Origin: Octopus vulgaris
Lineage: Eukaryota
NCBI GenBank assembly: GCA_951406725.2
Contig: OX597817.1
Coordinates: 86,738,001-86,802,000, forward strand
Direction of reading: 5' to 3'
DNA: 64,000 bases
Shown here in pieces: positions 1 to 14,700 of the stretch. Position 1 is the first letter of the stretch, and every line of letters begins with the position of its first letter. The notes under the pieces were generated by a model. The model had not been told where the DNA came from, did no database searches, and was given only the letters and a program-made list of their open reading frames with translations. Position numbers and translations under genes: made by a program.

Positions 1-2806
1 TCATCTACAAGGCTATTGCAGTAGACACTAAAGGAACCACATTGTTGGACTCCAAAATCCATGGAATGGGGAAGCAAATTTACTCACTTATACAGCCATG
101 TCTGCCATTTTAATTCTAAAGCTAAGTTGGTTGGATTTGTTAGTATCTCTGCTGCTAATTTTGCACAAGTTTATGAATATTAGGTATTGCTAAAGCCAAT
201 TGCTTTAAATATTTCTTGTGTTTCCATTTAAGTCCCACAGCTATTGATAAGAAGAAGGATTCATATGAACATTACTGAACATTTTTTTGAGACCATTTTT
301 AATAAAGTGGTTTAAATTAAAACCTTCCTTCAAAATTTCATGTTCATTTCTGTTCCAAACTTGAGCTTAATAATATGTTATTTTACTAAATTCTTCATTT
401 TTCAAATTTAATTGAAGCAAAAGAAGTGTACTTTAGTGGAAATATAGTAACAAGAGTTATAACTATCTATCTTTGAAACTTGTTTTATGAAATGTATAAT
501 AAATATACTGTGTTATCATGCCTTCAAAATGATTAAGTATGGTTTCTAAAAACTAGCTTTGCGCATCTCTCTCAGAATACTTTTTTTTCTCTCCAAACTA
601 TTCTTCTTCATACTTAATAATCGTTTCTGCTGCTTTTCTTTACCAATTTAAAAAATTTTTTTTCGTACATAGAGATTAACTTTCTGAATCTTATGTACAA
701 TATTATTTGTGCAAAGGGCTAGACTTTTAATTCAGAGCAAAATATTTTAATCTAAACACTTTCAAAGTTATATGTATTCTATATATCAGTGGTTTCCGCA
801 CCATTTCAGACTCCCACCTCTTCGCATCCTCTTTCCACTGCAAATTCAAAACAACTGTGTTTCACAAATAAAACTTAACCTAATTGACCCATTATTTTGT
901 TGTTACAATATGAAAGACTAATTTTACATCCCACCTGTAACTACATTGTTTTAATATTTTTAATGCAATAGATGTACATTATGCAGAGATATCATCTTCT
1001 GGCTGAAAGGTACTGAAAAGTAGTCTTAGCTGACTGTATTCAATAATTTTTAGTCTGTTTCTTTGCTCAGAAAAAAATCTGGACAACTCCACTGAAGCCC
1101 TGCTCTACAAAACATGCTGTTGAGAAGGCAATAAAGTACATTTTGACTTCATCCCACAATGCAGAGTAGCAGTCAGAAAGGTCCTTTTGCAATCAAAAAT
1201 CCTGGCATGATTTGTTTGAACTTTAGTTTCAGCTCAATGTCATTTTAAAGTGAAATAAGTTCTTCCACTATTCTTGTTTCCTCATTACTGATGTCTAGGA
1301 AACATCCAGGCTGGCATTGTAATCAAAAATAAATATCCTAAAATCTATTAAATATGTCTCTGTGCAGCTCATCCAGGTGTGAGCAATACACTTGAATACC
1401 ATTTGGTATGTGCCTTTCCTTCTCCAATTCAGAGAGGCTCAGCAACTGGAAGGAATTAATAATTGTTTGTTGAATTTGAATAGCTGTTAACTTGGATAGA
1501 AACTTGGAGAGGGCTCATTTTACTTTGGTAAGATTTAATTTCATTTCCTTGTAGTTGCAAATTAATTTCATTGAACTTTGGGTGGGAATATATCTGCCAC
1601 ATAAACGTTTCTTGATTCATCACAAAGGACAGAATAAGTCTTGCAAGAATTCAACAACTGTTTTAAAAACGGAATAGAAACTTTCAGGCAGTTTCCTTTT
1701 GACAGACATCAAACTTCTGTGTGCAACAACAAGCATTCATAATCATTATCATTCTCAGTACAAGATGGTATCAAAAAGTTCCTGGTCTAATTCTGTAGCA
1801 CACCAACAGATGGCAACACATGTTTGTATGTGCAGTGAGTGAGAGCTAGCGGTGACCTTCATGAGGCAGTGTACCAAGTGACAAAACACAAACATGCCAA
1901 GTTTCCAAAACATAAATTAGAAAAAATTGTAGAAGACATTGAAAAACAAGAACAGTGAGCTCCAGTTCAAACTCTTTTATGATAATGTGTACTCTACCAA
2001 TTCAAAAAAAAATTATGGTAATAATGTATATTTAAAATAGTTATTTTAATCAATGTACGAGTCTGTTGAGTCAGGCCTCATTTTTAAAAACAAATGGACA
2101 AATTCTGATTACTATTACATTCATAAAATCCATTAAAATAATTGTATACTTATTTACTTAGAATTAAAGTCAAAATACCAAATTATGGAAGATATGAAGA
2201 ATTTTTTACCTTTACCCTGAATTTTGGGGGCTAAAACTATATATTCAAGGTATTATTTATGTCAAATACATTCAAGTCAAATTGTAGTTGGTAAAAAAAA
2301 AATGATTTGTTTAGTAATCAATCTCTCTCTCTCTCCTCTGTATGTATGTATGTATGTATATATCTATACATTATAAATATATTACACACATATCCATACA
2401 TGTACACAAATGTGTGTGTGTGTTTATGGTCTTAACAGATTACTTCTCCACTCAGTATTGTTTAAGGATTTGGGCTTGTAGAATGACCACTAGTTTCATC
2501 ACTGACGCCAAATATGTGTGCGTGTTTGTGTGAAAAAGAGATGATAAAGGACTGATCTATTCTCAGCTAGCACTTCGATCCAAAACACACATATTGAATT
2601 CTACATCAGGTTATTAGTCTTGCAATACCTAAGTGTAATATATATATTGATGTTGTTTTTGTCTTTCTAGGGAATTCTCTTAGGTATTTTAGGATCAACT
2701 TCACTGATAAACTTTTCGTATTTCTTTTTGACTATTTATTAAAATTTTATGTATTGATTAAGTCTTTCCTTGTTTGTTTTGCAAAATAGTGGTTTTGTCT
2801 CTAATA

Positions 2807-2854
<48 letters not shown>

Positions 2855-5742
2855 CTTGCTTAAAGTTAATGTTCTCAAAGCATTTTTCAGATTGATTTTT
2901 AAGCTCTATTTTCTAAACCCGAGTACCACTGAAAAATAGAGGGTGGGAAGCATTGCCGTCCATTGCCCCAGTTTTCTTCAATGTCCTTGCTGAATCTTTC
3001 AACCACCCACAAGGGTGGTAGTACCACTGTCTTATATCAATGTAGCTTTTAAGAGGTTTATTTCAGTCTTCTGGATTGTTTGTCGCTAACTTAATATTTG
3101 CATTGACATAGTTTCTTCCATCAGCAAAAGGTCAGTTAAGGTAATATTGATAATGTATTAACTGACTGGAATGATAGTCAACTCCATTTGGGTTGGAACA
3201 TAGCACTATTCAATAAGAAATTGTTCCTGCCTTGTATTCTGCTAAGTGGGCAGTATCCATGAATATTTTGATATTAACAAATGATTTTGGAGTTATTTAT
3301 TTTTCCATTTGTAAACCTTTCTAAATGCCAGCCATTTTTTAGTGTTAGACTAGAGCATGTAGTGTTAATTAAAGGGATAAAATGCCCAGACAGATATTAG
3401 TATTAGTCAACTAGCTTATGTATAATATATTAAAATCTGCTAGTTGTTTGTCTTTGAGTAAGACATTTTCTGTACCTCTAGTTTTCTTATGACAGCATAT
3501 TTTCTTTACTTATGTTAAGTGTTAGAGGTACAGTCCTTCGAAAATCTGGTTAAAAAAAAAATTGACTAACATCCTTGCCAAGGGCAAATTTCTTTCTCAT
3601 ATGATTATCATTTAAACATGTGAAAACTTCATGTATGCATGTACAGATTCTGGAAGTAGGAAGGCAACAATACTATTTGATAAATGCCTTGAAATATTTT
3701 TTAATTACATCTTCTAGCATCTAACGTTAAATTCTGTTGTGATTATTTTTCAGTTTATAATATAAATCACCTACTGAGGCCAATTTGGCTTTATAAAACA
3801 GATCTATGGCCTTGTACCAATATAGGAAATTATGACCATTAAGCAGCTTGCCAAATGCTAGAGTGCAGTTGGCACTTTAGCTAACCAGTTATAAGGTAGA
3901 TTTTATATCAGGAGAATCTTTTTTTTTTTTTTTTGTATTTCTACATCTTGTACAACAGTTAGTTGGACACTACAAAAAGATAGTGGATTTTTATTCCAAA
4001 TGTATTAGTATTGGTCTGGTCCATACCAGCATGGAAAGCAAACATTAAATAATAATGATGTCTAAAAATAAACAAGTCATGACAAATGGCTCACAGATTG
4101 TCAAGATGTATCCTCCATGGTCTCTTCTATTGCTTCTTTGACAACCTTTGTTCCTCTTAATATATTCTGCTATGACTTAGATACATCAATTCAATAGTCT
4201 TCATTGCTGCAATTGTGTCACATCACATTAACCTGAACATTTTCTTAGTTTTTATCTCCGTTCATTTTCATTTTGTTTCCATCTGCCTACAAAGCAACAT
4301 TATTTCAAAACTCTTATTTTATTCACACCAGTTATTTCCTACTTCCAGTCTCAGAACTTCTAAAATTATTGTAGAAGCTATGTGTTCTTAACGTTAACTT
4401 CTTTAAAACACTGAAAGTCAGAAAAAGAAGCCTCTTGCATGTATGTGTGTGTATGCCTGATGTATTCATGTGTCCGGTCATGGGAAAAAGTGAGGGTTGG
4501 TGATAAGAAGGGCATAGAAAATCTGTATCAAAACTTTACACAACCCATACAAGCATGAAAAAGTAGATGTTAAAATATGCATTCATCATTATTGTTTTAA
4601 AGCATACTTTTTCATGCTTACATGGATCAGACAAGTATTTTGGGGTGGAATTTTCAACTGTTGGAAGCCTTTAATGTCACAAAATCCATGACTGTTTCCA
4701 AATGCAGTATAATAGCCCAGACCAACAAACAGCTCAGATATGTCTATGTGGAGAATAGGGAAACAAACAACTCAGTATGAACATATTAAGACTTCAAGAA
4801 CCCAGATGTGTGTTTGCGGTGGGCTAAATGCAAACAATATTAGCAAAGCTTTCGTTTATATTCAGTGAAGACATGTAAACAAGAAAGTATCCTCTCCCTT
4901 TCTCAAACATGCACATACGTGTCCAATTGTCAGATCTAGAAGACTTTAGTTGGCCCAAGGTTATTGTAGAAGGCTTTTTGTGTATATATATATATATGTG
5001 TGTGTGTGTGTATAAATATACATATATACACTAAGATATATGGCGCATTGTGTTTTCGTATGTGTGTATATACACACACACACACACACCGAGATAAGTG
5101 GCATGCTCACCACAACAGATTGATATCCTAAGACCAAGGTGCCATGTAAAAAGCATTGGTGTGGGTGCTGATGCCATGTATATAAAAAGCACCTGGTCCA
5201 CTCTGTAAAGTGGTTGGTATTAGGAAGGTCATCCATAGAAACCAAGCCAAAACAGACCATGGTACCTGGTGCAATCCCTGGTCTTGCCATTCCCTGTCAA
5301 GCCATCCAACCCATGCCAGCATGGAAAACAAGTATTAAATGTTTATATATAGAAAATATAGTTAAGGACAAAAGAGATTTTTCTTTTAATATGCACAGTA
5401 ATACTAAACATACATTTGTAAATACCATTTAAAAGGTAGGATTACCAAAAAATTCTCTCCCAACTCTGAGGCCTTTGCAGATCCAACAAGCATGCTATTT
5501 TACCAACTGAACATCAATAAAACTGCAATAAAAGTGAGGATACATGGGTCAATGTAGGAATCTCAATCATTTGATACTCAGGAAATAACTGCCAAACTAT
5601 CCTCAAACATTATCTATTCTCTTGTGAGAGAAGGGACACAATGGTCAGTATAGTCTTGGATACAGAAAAATGGCAATGGTCAAGGCTGAAATGTATTTGC
5701 AACTTGATCTGAAGTTAGGGTTGATTTGTTGCTAAGCAACAA

Positions 5743-5973
5743 TTAACCTTTCTGATACTAACTCACCTTAGATTTGCATTTACTCTATGGTATAAACTTT
5801 TTAAACTAAGTGATTTAAGTTTATAATCTATCAAAATTTCATGTTAATTTATGTTCCAAATACTAGCTTTAATAATAATAATGACGTTATTTTTACTAAA
5901 TTCCTCAATATTTTCAATGTCAGTTGAAATAATGGCAGTGTATGTTAACAAATATAGTAACAAAAGGGTTTAA
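5743..5973. mobile_element. piggyBac-type MITE family B (other copies ~260-460, ~14940-15198, ~63070-63275)
   Basis: TTAA-ccttt ... aaaggg-TTTAA termini; shared caaaatttcatgtt..ttccaaa and ttttactaaattc core. Confidence 0.65.
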
Positions 5974-6944
5974 GAAGTACACCAATTATCTGAGAATTGA
6001 GTGGTTCCATGATATGATTCCTCATAGAAGCTAGTATGTTCTCTTTTTACATAAATTTCACTTTTACTCCCATTGTAGCAAGATTTTTTTAGTTTGATTG
6101 TATTTATTTTATAAGCAAAAGTTGACCACCAAGAAATATAAAGTAAGCTCTGTACCATAGCTTAGAAATTTATACAAGAATTACTATGTATATATAATTG
6201 TTTTGCTGAATGGATTGGATGCTTCAACAGGATCCAATGGGTCAGCAGACCACATTTTACTCCAATGTTTCATTTTTGGCACTGTTTTATCATCATCATT
6301 TAATGTCCATTTTACAAATGCTTGCATGGGTCAGATGGAATTTAAGGCAGATTTTCTACAGCCAAATATCACTTGTTTCCAAGCCAGGTAATATTTCCCC
6401 ATGGCCAGACATGTTTTTGCATAAGACTGAAAATGAACCACTTGTATAACGAAGCATATTTACAAACATCACATGATATAAACAAGGGTACACCCAAATA
6501 CAATGGGCTTTTAACTCCAGCCCTTTTTTGACCATTGTTATTTCATTTCTAATATAGTAAAAGATACACACAATGCACACCATAGGCTTCTACACAGTTT
6601 CTGTCTACCAAATTTTATTCTCATGAAGTGGGGTGGAACTCAGGACCATGTGGATATAATGCATGCTTCTTTAGATTACAAATGATTATTGTATCAATTT
6701 CAAACTATCAAGTCTTTGGCAATGTTTATTCTTAGAACTAGCTCTGGGCCAATTAGCATTTATTAAAATCTAAACTGGCTAGTAAGTGTTGAACATTGAT
6801 AAAATAAAAAATTTTTAAATTAAGAGCAAAAGAAGATAGAATTCTGAATTAGTAATTAAAAAATAATTTCATATTAATTATTAGGCCTACTTCTAAGTCA
6901 TCAAATCTGTTAAATGCACAAGCCAAGTAAGGAGCCCTTTGTAT

Positions 6945-7237
6945 CAGTTCTCAAGCATTTTTTTATCTATGGATCCCTTTGATTACTATTTTATTCTGGT
7001 GGACCCCATAACCATTTGATGTTTAAACACAAGTTCCTATTTTGTTTATCACACATTAAATTGTGTTGGTTGAACTATGTAAAATGTCAAAGAAATTTAG
7101 CTGTTTCTTGCAATAAATACCAATACGTCTAAAGCAAGTTTTTCAGAGGCTCTTAAAATACTATTTGGATCCTTAATTTACAATTTTGTTACGTGGACCC
7201 CCAAAAATTTTATATGGATCCTGGTTGAGAACCACTG
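6945..7237. mobile_element. hAT-type MITE, same family as 22798-23391
   Basis: Ends ggttgagaaccactg; shared internal ctatgga.ccctttga and tattttact segments. Confidence 0.8.
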
Positions 7238-7728
7238 CCCTATATGATAGTTCCACCCATTTGTCTTTTTTAAATACAGAATGTTTGGTCCAAATCAATG
7301 GTTATTCTGAGGGACACTAAATGAATGTTTTATATGGTTGTCTAGAGAATTTCTCTTGCCTCTCTTTCCTTCACCCAATATATGATGGACTTCTTTCAGT
7401 TTCTGTCTACCAAATCCACTAACAAGACCTTGGTCAGTATAGGGCTATGGTAGAAGATACCCACCAAAGGTGTCATGCAATAGGACTGAACCCAAAACTA
7501 TGTGACTGAGAAGCAAGCTTAATCACACAGCCATATTTGTGCCTGTGTGTGTGTTTGCTATTAAGTTACCTTATCACCAGGGAAAGATGTTTCTATATTG
7601 CTGTTCATGGAAGCTATGCTAATATAGTTTGCAGAAGTGTCAAGGCTATATATGGCTAACCCATTTGTAGAAGGTTCAGTAGGAATGAAGGTTGGTGCAT
7701 ATGTGGTTAGAAATAACAAGTTACAGTA

Positions 7729-7945
7729 TTAACCCTTTAGCATTTAAACCAGCCAAAATAATCTCCTTATTTTATTTTCAAACTTGCCAGATCTGGCCTC
7801 TGACACCTACCCTGTAACGTCATTCTAAAAATAAATAATCATACCATTGAAATCTTCAAGTTATGAGATAATGTATGGTTAATTTAAATCAATGCCAATA
7901 AATAAGCATTACATTTGACAGATACTTCAATGCTAAAGGGCTTAA
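7729..7945. mobile_element. piggyBac-type MITE family A (other copies 13605-13790, 13797-14022, ~21775-21960)
   Basis: TTAA-ccctttagcatt ... aatgctaaaggg-(c)TTAA termini; copies are mutually homologous. Confidence 0.75.
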
Positions 7946-8377
7946 GGAATAATAATGGTAAAATAAAATATTAAAAAATTAAGAGCAAACCATTGAAATC
8001 TTCAAGTTATGAGATAATGTATGGTTAATTTAAATCAATAAGCATTACATTTGACAGATACACAAGCCAAGTTGGGAGCCCCTATATGGTAGCTTCACCC
8101 GCTAAAAACAACAACAACCATTTCTCACCATACCATCTTGAAAAAGGGACAGAACCTTTCAATAATGTATTTCCGGGTGCTTCCATGTTCAGGTCCAACC
8201 TGGAGCAAACAACAACAACCACCACCACCTTTTAAAATGTTAACTCTTTACTTTAAAAAAATTTCTGTTTTTATACCTAATAAATACTACAGACCTGGCT
8301 AGAAAATGTTCAACCAGTCACAACTGACAAACTAGTAGATATCTGTTTATATGGACATGAGTGTGTGTACATATACA

Positions 8378-9153
8378 TACAAGGGTTGTACTGAAAGTAA
8401 TGCAAAAGGGGTATAACTTTTTTTTATTGATCTAGGTCATAAAAATAGCTCATGTTGGTAGAATATCTCTTCTATACAAAGGTACTACTTAACATAGGTC
8501 TCCATCACAAACAATACATTTGTGCTATAAATGCCCCCAAACTTTTGAAGCCTCTATGAAAAGATTCAGGTGTGCACTGTTAAACCTGCTTCTTCACAGT
8601 CACTTTTACCTCATCCATGTCATCAAATCATTATCCCCAAAGACTACTGACCAGCCTAATTCATTGCCAAAGATGTGTGTGGATGGTGAACAAGGATAGT
8701 TTTCACATTCTTGTTAGGCCTTCTCTGCCCATTATTCCTGGGGTAGGGTGGGGGTTTAGAGTCCTCAGGAACCTCTTCTGTATGGTCCTATCAGAAGCAA
8801 CTGTCATCAAACTTTCTGGCTGGATTCCCAAGCATGACCAACTGAGACTATGGATAATCCAATAATGGTCTACCAGTTGGCTCAGCTTGAATCCATTTTG
8901 TGATTCTTTCTTGTGACTTATCCATATTTCAGTATTTATCTGTAATTCTCCTAAGCCTCAGCATTTCATTGAAATATGCCCTAAAATTCAAGGCTTAAAT
9001 TAAATCTTGAATCTCACAGCAGTTCTACTGACAATAAAGTGAGGTTGGTAATAGCTACAAATGTTTCCCCACCTCTAGTCAATATCTTCTGCACTGGAAT
9101 CTGACCTGGGTGTCGCAAGCATTTAGTTATTTCTGGTTTTCATTATACCCTTA
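8378..9153. mobile_element. older mariner-like relic
   Basis: Left end tacaagggttgtactgaaagtaatgc resembles mariner TIRs; right end is poorly defined. Confidence 0.4.
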
Positions 9154-9621
9154 CTTTGTTTACACATGTATTTGAGTGCTGCAATAAACAGTTTTTATTG
9201 CACTTAGAAGTAAATAGATGTCATCATGTATACTGACACACAGAGGCTCTCTTTTTTGTTGGTAAGGATTTATGCTGAAAGAAAAGGAGACACCTTATAA
9301 GCATTTTGCAGTAAAAGTTATATACATGATCTGCACCAGCAAAAGAAAGTCAAGTCATTATATTAGTTTATTTTTATAATGGTTAGCAAATGTAGAGGCC
9401 TGGCCTGTAAGAGCGATATGAAAACAGTATATTCTTTAATTCTCTTACTCATTTGTCATTTGACTACAGCCATGCTGGAGCACTGTTTTGAAGGGTTTTT
9501 AGTCAAACAAATTGACCCTAGTACTTATATTGGTCTCTTTTACTAAACTGCTAAGTAACACGGACACACTAACACCAGTTATCAAATAGTGATGGTGTAC
9601 AGACATAGACACACGCATAGA

Positions 9622-10479
9622 TATCAGGTCATCCCATAAATAATGCAGTTTTTTTATACTTCTACTATTTTTCAAAATTAAGATAGTTCTTTTTTAATCT
9701 AAAATATACTCTCCTTCATTTTCTACAATACTCTTCCATCTATCTAGTCAATTTGCAAGGCCCCTCTTCCAAAATTTACTTGTCTGTGACAAAAATACTC
9801 CTCCACTACTGTTCTGACCTTGTCTACAGAATTCATATTTTTTCTGTCAAAATGATTTTGAAGGCTGCAGAATAAATGATAATCAGATGGGGCAAATATG
9901 GTGGATAGGGCATTGTTACCCATTCAAACTGCTCCAGCCTTTGGAATGTCATCCTCACCTATGTGGCCAAACATTATCCTGATAGAAGAACACCTTTTGC
10001 CTTGAAACCAAAGATGGTAATTTTTCTTCTAGCACTGACTTGAATGACAGTTATGAAAAGACTTTGTTCCACCAGGATTTGCAGGACATCCTTGTCGATC
10101 TCTATGGATCTTCCGGCTCTTCTTCTAGGCTGTAGTTTTCAGCTCAGAATTTCTAGAACCACTGTTGACACTGGCTTACACTTATTGTCTGATCCCCATA
10201 TACTGCATTAATATTCCTTGCACTTTCCGTTGCATTGTTGCCTTTATTGAACTCATAAGCAAAATATGCCAAATATGCTTCTTTGTTGCTTCCATTATAG
10301 CTTTGTAAAAATAACTTAAAATCGAATTGCATTCTTCAAAACTTGCACTAAGAATAAGGACATGGTAAAATTACTACCTGCTTCTATAGCAAGTTGATGC
10401 AGGTAGTTTATCCCATCCCTCTCCAACTTAAAGTTCATGCAATTGAAAAAAAAAACCTGCATTTAGGTATGGCCCAATA
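9622..10479 (-). mobile_element. mariner transposon relic nested in a SINE
   Basis: TIR-like ends (tatcaggtcatcccataaataatgcag / ctgcatttaggtatggcccaata); minus-strand PSDYHLF.SLQNH and GNNATES motifs; SINE halves on both sides. Confidence 0.8.
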
Positions 10480-11625
10480 TATATATGTGTGTGTGTGTAT
10501 AATATATACATATATATATATACAGACACACACACACATACGATGGGATTCTTTCAGTTTCTATCTACCAAATCCACTCAAAAGGCTTTGGTCAGTCCAA
10601 GGCTATAACAGAAGACACTAGCCCAAGGTGCCACACAGTGGAACTGAACCTATAACCATGTTGTTGGAAAGCAAGCTTCTTACCACACGGCCACACCAAA
10701 CTATTTTCCTATTTAGTGCTAATTCTGACAAAACTATGCCATCCAAGGACAATATTAAAGGTATACTTTTAATATGCTTCTTCATGACTTCTATCTGTTT
10801 TATACCTTTTTGATGATGTATAAACACAGTTGCATTATCATTGAGACATATGGTATTTTATATTCGAGGCTGCCTTATGCTCAGTACATCCTATCTCATT
10901 CTATCACCATTCCTATCAAAAATTAACTGATATTGAATTAAATGATTTATTCTAACTAAATGAATATCTCACATGAAAATTGACCAAATCTCATTGCTAA
11001 TTTGTTTTTCATCTTGCAATTAAATTTTCTGACATTATCAGTGAGATGCCATAAGTGACAACCAAATATGTAAATTCTTTGGATTTTTTTTTTTAATTCC
11101 AAATGTTGTGTATATAAACTTGTTGCTCTGGTATGACTTAATCATTCTATTTCTAATATGCTATGTTAATTAAACTTCCATTTCTCTTTAAAATGGTCTT
11201 TCTCTTTTTTCTTTTTTTTTAAGCTTTTCCTGGTTCACTAACATCCAATCTTTAAGTCTATGGCTATTTCTGTTTTCCTCTTCTTTGATATACAGATAAT
11301 TTTATTTTCAGTTTCTCTTCATCTTACTCTTTCCCACTTTCTTTATCAAGGTTTTCCTTCTAATTTCTTCAGTGAATCCTCCACAACAGTTGTCTATTTT
11401 AATATGTAGAAATAAGACTTTAAACTGTTGCTCTATGGATAAGTTGATTATAATGGCTTAGTGTTGTGCCTGCAAGCCATTTTTCAAGTTGTGAATTAAT
11501 CCTATTTAAACACGGTGTGCTCTATCTCCTTTTATGATTATACATGTGTGTGTGTGTGTGTGTAAATGTTTATGAGTATTGCTTTACTGTTATTTACTAT
11601 TCCTTCCATCCTACAAATTCCTTAG

Positions 11626-11704
11626 GTTATTGATTACTATAACAGTGTGCTGGCCCAACACTCTCTCACCTGTTGCCTGGGGAACTGCACTTTCTGTGCC
11701 CATG
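11626..11704 (+). CDS. candidate isolated exon (VIDYYNSVLAQHSLTCCLGNCTFCAH); gene unassigned
   Basis: Pyrimidine tract plus ccttag| acceptor, G|gtgaga donor; GC-richer non-repeat island with an open frame; no homology recognised. Confidence 0.4.
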
Positions 11705-14700
11705 GTGAGAGTTTCATTGGGTCCTGAAGTAATAAAATGCCCTAGTTTTACTACTATATGTGCTACAGCAGTAAAGTATGTGACCCAGTAATATTTTATT
11801 TCAAACAAAGTATTCTCCAGGAGAGTTAAGTGTCTTGTCTTCAGTTGTCCTTAAATTACATTCACTTACAATATCAATATGAAATATATTTAACTTTGAT
11901 TTTTCATGAAGCATTTGTCTTGGTTCGAAATCTAAAACTTCTTTGTTTCACAATGTACTTGCATTCTACCCATGTCTTCACAGTTTTCAACTTTCTCTTT
12001 TTGTCTAATTGTTTTATGCTGAACTAATACTATCCCTCCCTAATCACTTCTCTTTGTCTTAATAATTAACTTTAGCTACTCTTAATTATATCTCTAAGCA
12101 GTATTATATTAATCTGATTTTTTTTCCTCTAAACATATTAATCAATAAAATTAGGATTATTTTAGTTGTCAACAATGAAATAGTGAAAACTTTCTGTAGA
12201 ACTTCATTATTTCTGTCCCTTTTCTGTTGGAGAGATTTCTGTAATTTAAACAAGGGTTTGGGGTTCAGCATTATTTTCAAAATTTACTCAAGGAAAAAAA
12301 AAAAAAGAAACCATTGATTCCCATTTCCTCCAGTTTTTTGGCTTTAATTTTATAAGTGCACTATATTTTTCTTCCAAATGTTAGGTGTAGAAGTCACAAA
12401 TTCATAATTATAACATAAATTTTTGTGAACCTTTAATATGGAATCTTACTTTTGAGCTGCTTTTAATCCTTTTAAACTTCTGTTTTTTAAACAAAATCAT
12501 AGAAATAATAGACAAATTCCTCTCTAATCAAACTGTACTATCTTAATAAAGCAATAACATATTGTATAATGTAGTTTTACATATATTATCTGGAAAAATG
12601 ATATCCTCACATTCATTGATATTAGCCCAATCAGAGGTTACTTGAAGCTAAACAATAACAACATATTAGACATGGGGTTTTTTTGGGGGTTTTTTAACTG
12701 ACTTCAGATGATCAACTAGAAGTAGGAAAATATTTCCAACAAATCACAAGAAATCAATGTTCCTCAGAACTTGATATTTCCATAATTCTTACATGAACAT
12801 ATGGACACTGATCTATCACTCAGCATTTCTTTTTCTTTCAACCTTTGTTGTTAAAATTGAGTAACTTTAATCATTTAACAAACAACTCGTTAACATCAAC
12901 AAGATCATTAAAGCTGATGTTTCTTTTTCTATCTTTGTAATTTGTAGAAGCTCTTTAAGATATTGATGCATTCATAAAACAGACGAAATGATAGAAATAA
13001 GAAAAGATGTCTTTGTGATTTGCATCAGTTTTTTGCAAAATCTATGTTTAGAAAACCAGCTATGTTCAGACTGAATATCAGTTTTTATGCGAGTCAAATT
13101 TGACCAGTTCCAATGTTAAAGGTTAAAAAATAATTGACATTCTTAACTTTTAATAAGATCTTTTTCATTTCTTAAAAATTTAATTTCTTGCTTTTTCTCA
13201 GTTATTTTCTTTAAGTATATTATCAATTTTTTTTGTGTGTGTGTTTCTGCTAATTATTGAAACTACACTGACCTTTCAAAAGTTTTCCTTTTATCTAATG
13301 TCAAGGGGAATTGTTTATCATTTCTAATCTCCCCACTCCTGCTCTCTCATATATATATATAATGTATAGATAGATAGATAGATATATCATTGATTAATTG
13401 TTCAGACTTGAGAGCTCTTAATTTAAGAAATCACTGATAACTGATCCTCTCAGGTGAACTAGTAAAACATAGAGACAATGCTGGTATGTTGCAGGCCTAT
13501 TTTAAGATGAATAAACAGACATTAATAAATCAAAATATTCTGAACTGCCATTCTTTATGTTATTTTCCCCATGTTTGAGATTTAATCAACCAAATAACAA
13601 GGCTTTAACCCTTCTGACACTGAGATTACTCTATCAAATGTAATTCTTATTCACATTGATTTAAATTAATCATACATTATCTCATACCTTTGAGAAATTG
13701 ATGACTCAGTTATTTTTAGAATTGTAGAATAGGTGTGAGGGGCCAGACCTGGCCAATTTGAACATAAATGGGTTGAAAAAAGGGGATTAATATTGTTTAA
13801 CCCTTTAGCGTTCAGATTACTCTGTGAAATGTAAAACTTATTTGTTCACATAATTTTGAATTAATCATACATTATTTCATACCTTAGAGATTTTGATGAT
13901 TCAATTATTTTTAGAATGGCATTGTAGGGTAAGTGTGAGTGACTAGACCTGGCCAATTTGAACTCACAAAGCAGGGAGAACTTTGGGGCCTGAAATGGTT
14001 GGTTTAAATGCTGAATGATTAAATCTCATGGAGTTTATCAAATTATTTCTCTTTTAGATTTTTTATTTTTGTTTCTCAGTCTTTCCTTTAATGTTTATCT
14101 TTAGGTTCTCTGTTGACTGTTAATGTTTAATACACTTTAACTAATTGCAATTCAGCTGGCAACTAAAATTTCATTTACATTCTTCTGGTATTAAATGTCT
14201 GTATTTAGTAGTTATACCTTTTATTTATTGTTTATTCAGTGTCTGGGGTGATGGGGGGGATGCTGCAGTGGCTTTGTATGTAAATATGTTCAAATCTGCT
14301 GTAACCTTTTCAATGGGGTTTGGATAATTTACTTAATTCTACATGGCTTAATTCATTTCATTTAACTTTTAGGGTTGGCTAACATTACCACTTTATAGTT
14401 GAGGAATTAGTGTTTGATTTAATAAACAGGAAAAAAAGAACCTTTAAAAATTAATCTAACTACCTAAATTGAGTTTATTTTTATTTATATCATCACTGAA
14501 TTGCCAGGAAAAGTTTCCTCTTGTATAAAATATTTTTAAAAAGCATTGGGTTTTCTCTGGGGAACTTTTTGAGAAAAGTGGCATAATTAAAATGGAACCA
14601 ACTAAAAGAATGTTAAAAACAAAATAGCTTTGCTGTCCAGAATTAGTGAAATGATCAAATAAATACTTTAGAATAGATATATCGTGCACTGGCTTCTTAT

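Noticed and set aside
780-2300. Possible coding exons or a decayed DNA transposon
   Set aside because: Frames are short and interrupted; only a partial mariner-like end near 1759-1800 is visible, too weak to call.
2561-2610. Possible hammerhead on the minus strand (CTGATGT...GAAG-tgctagc)
   Set aside because: Both core boxes are mutated and stem II pairs poorly; at best a decayed relic.
4843-4870. Minus-strand CTGAATA-taaac-GAAAgctt hammerhead-like string
   Set aside because: Box 1 mismatch and no stem II.
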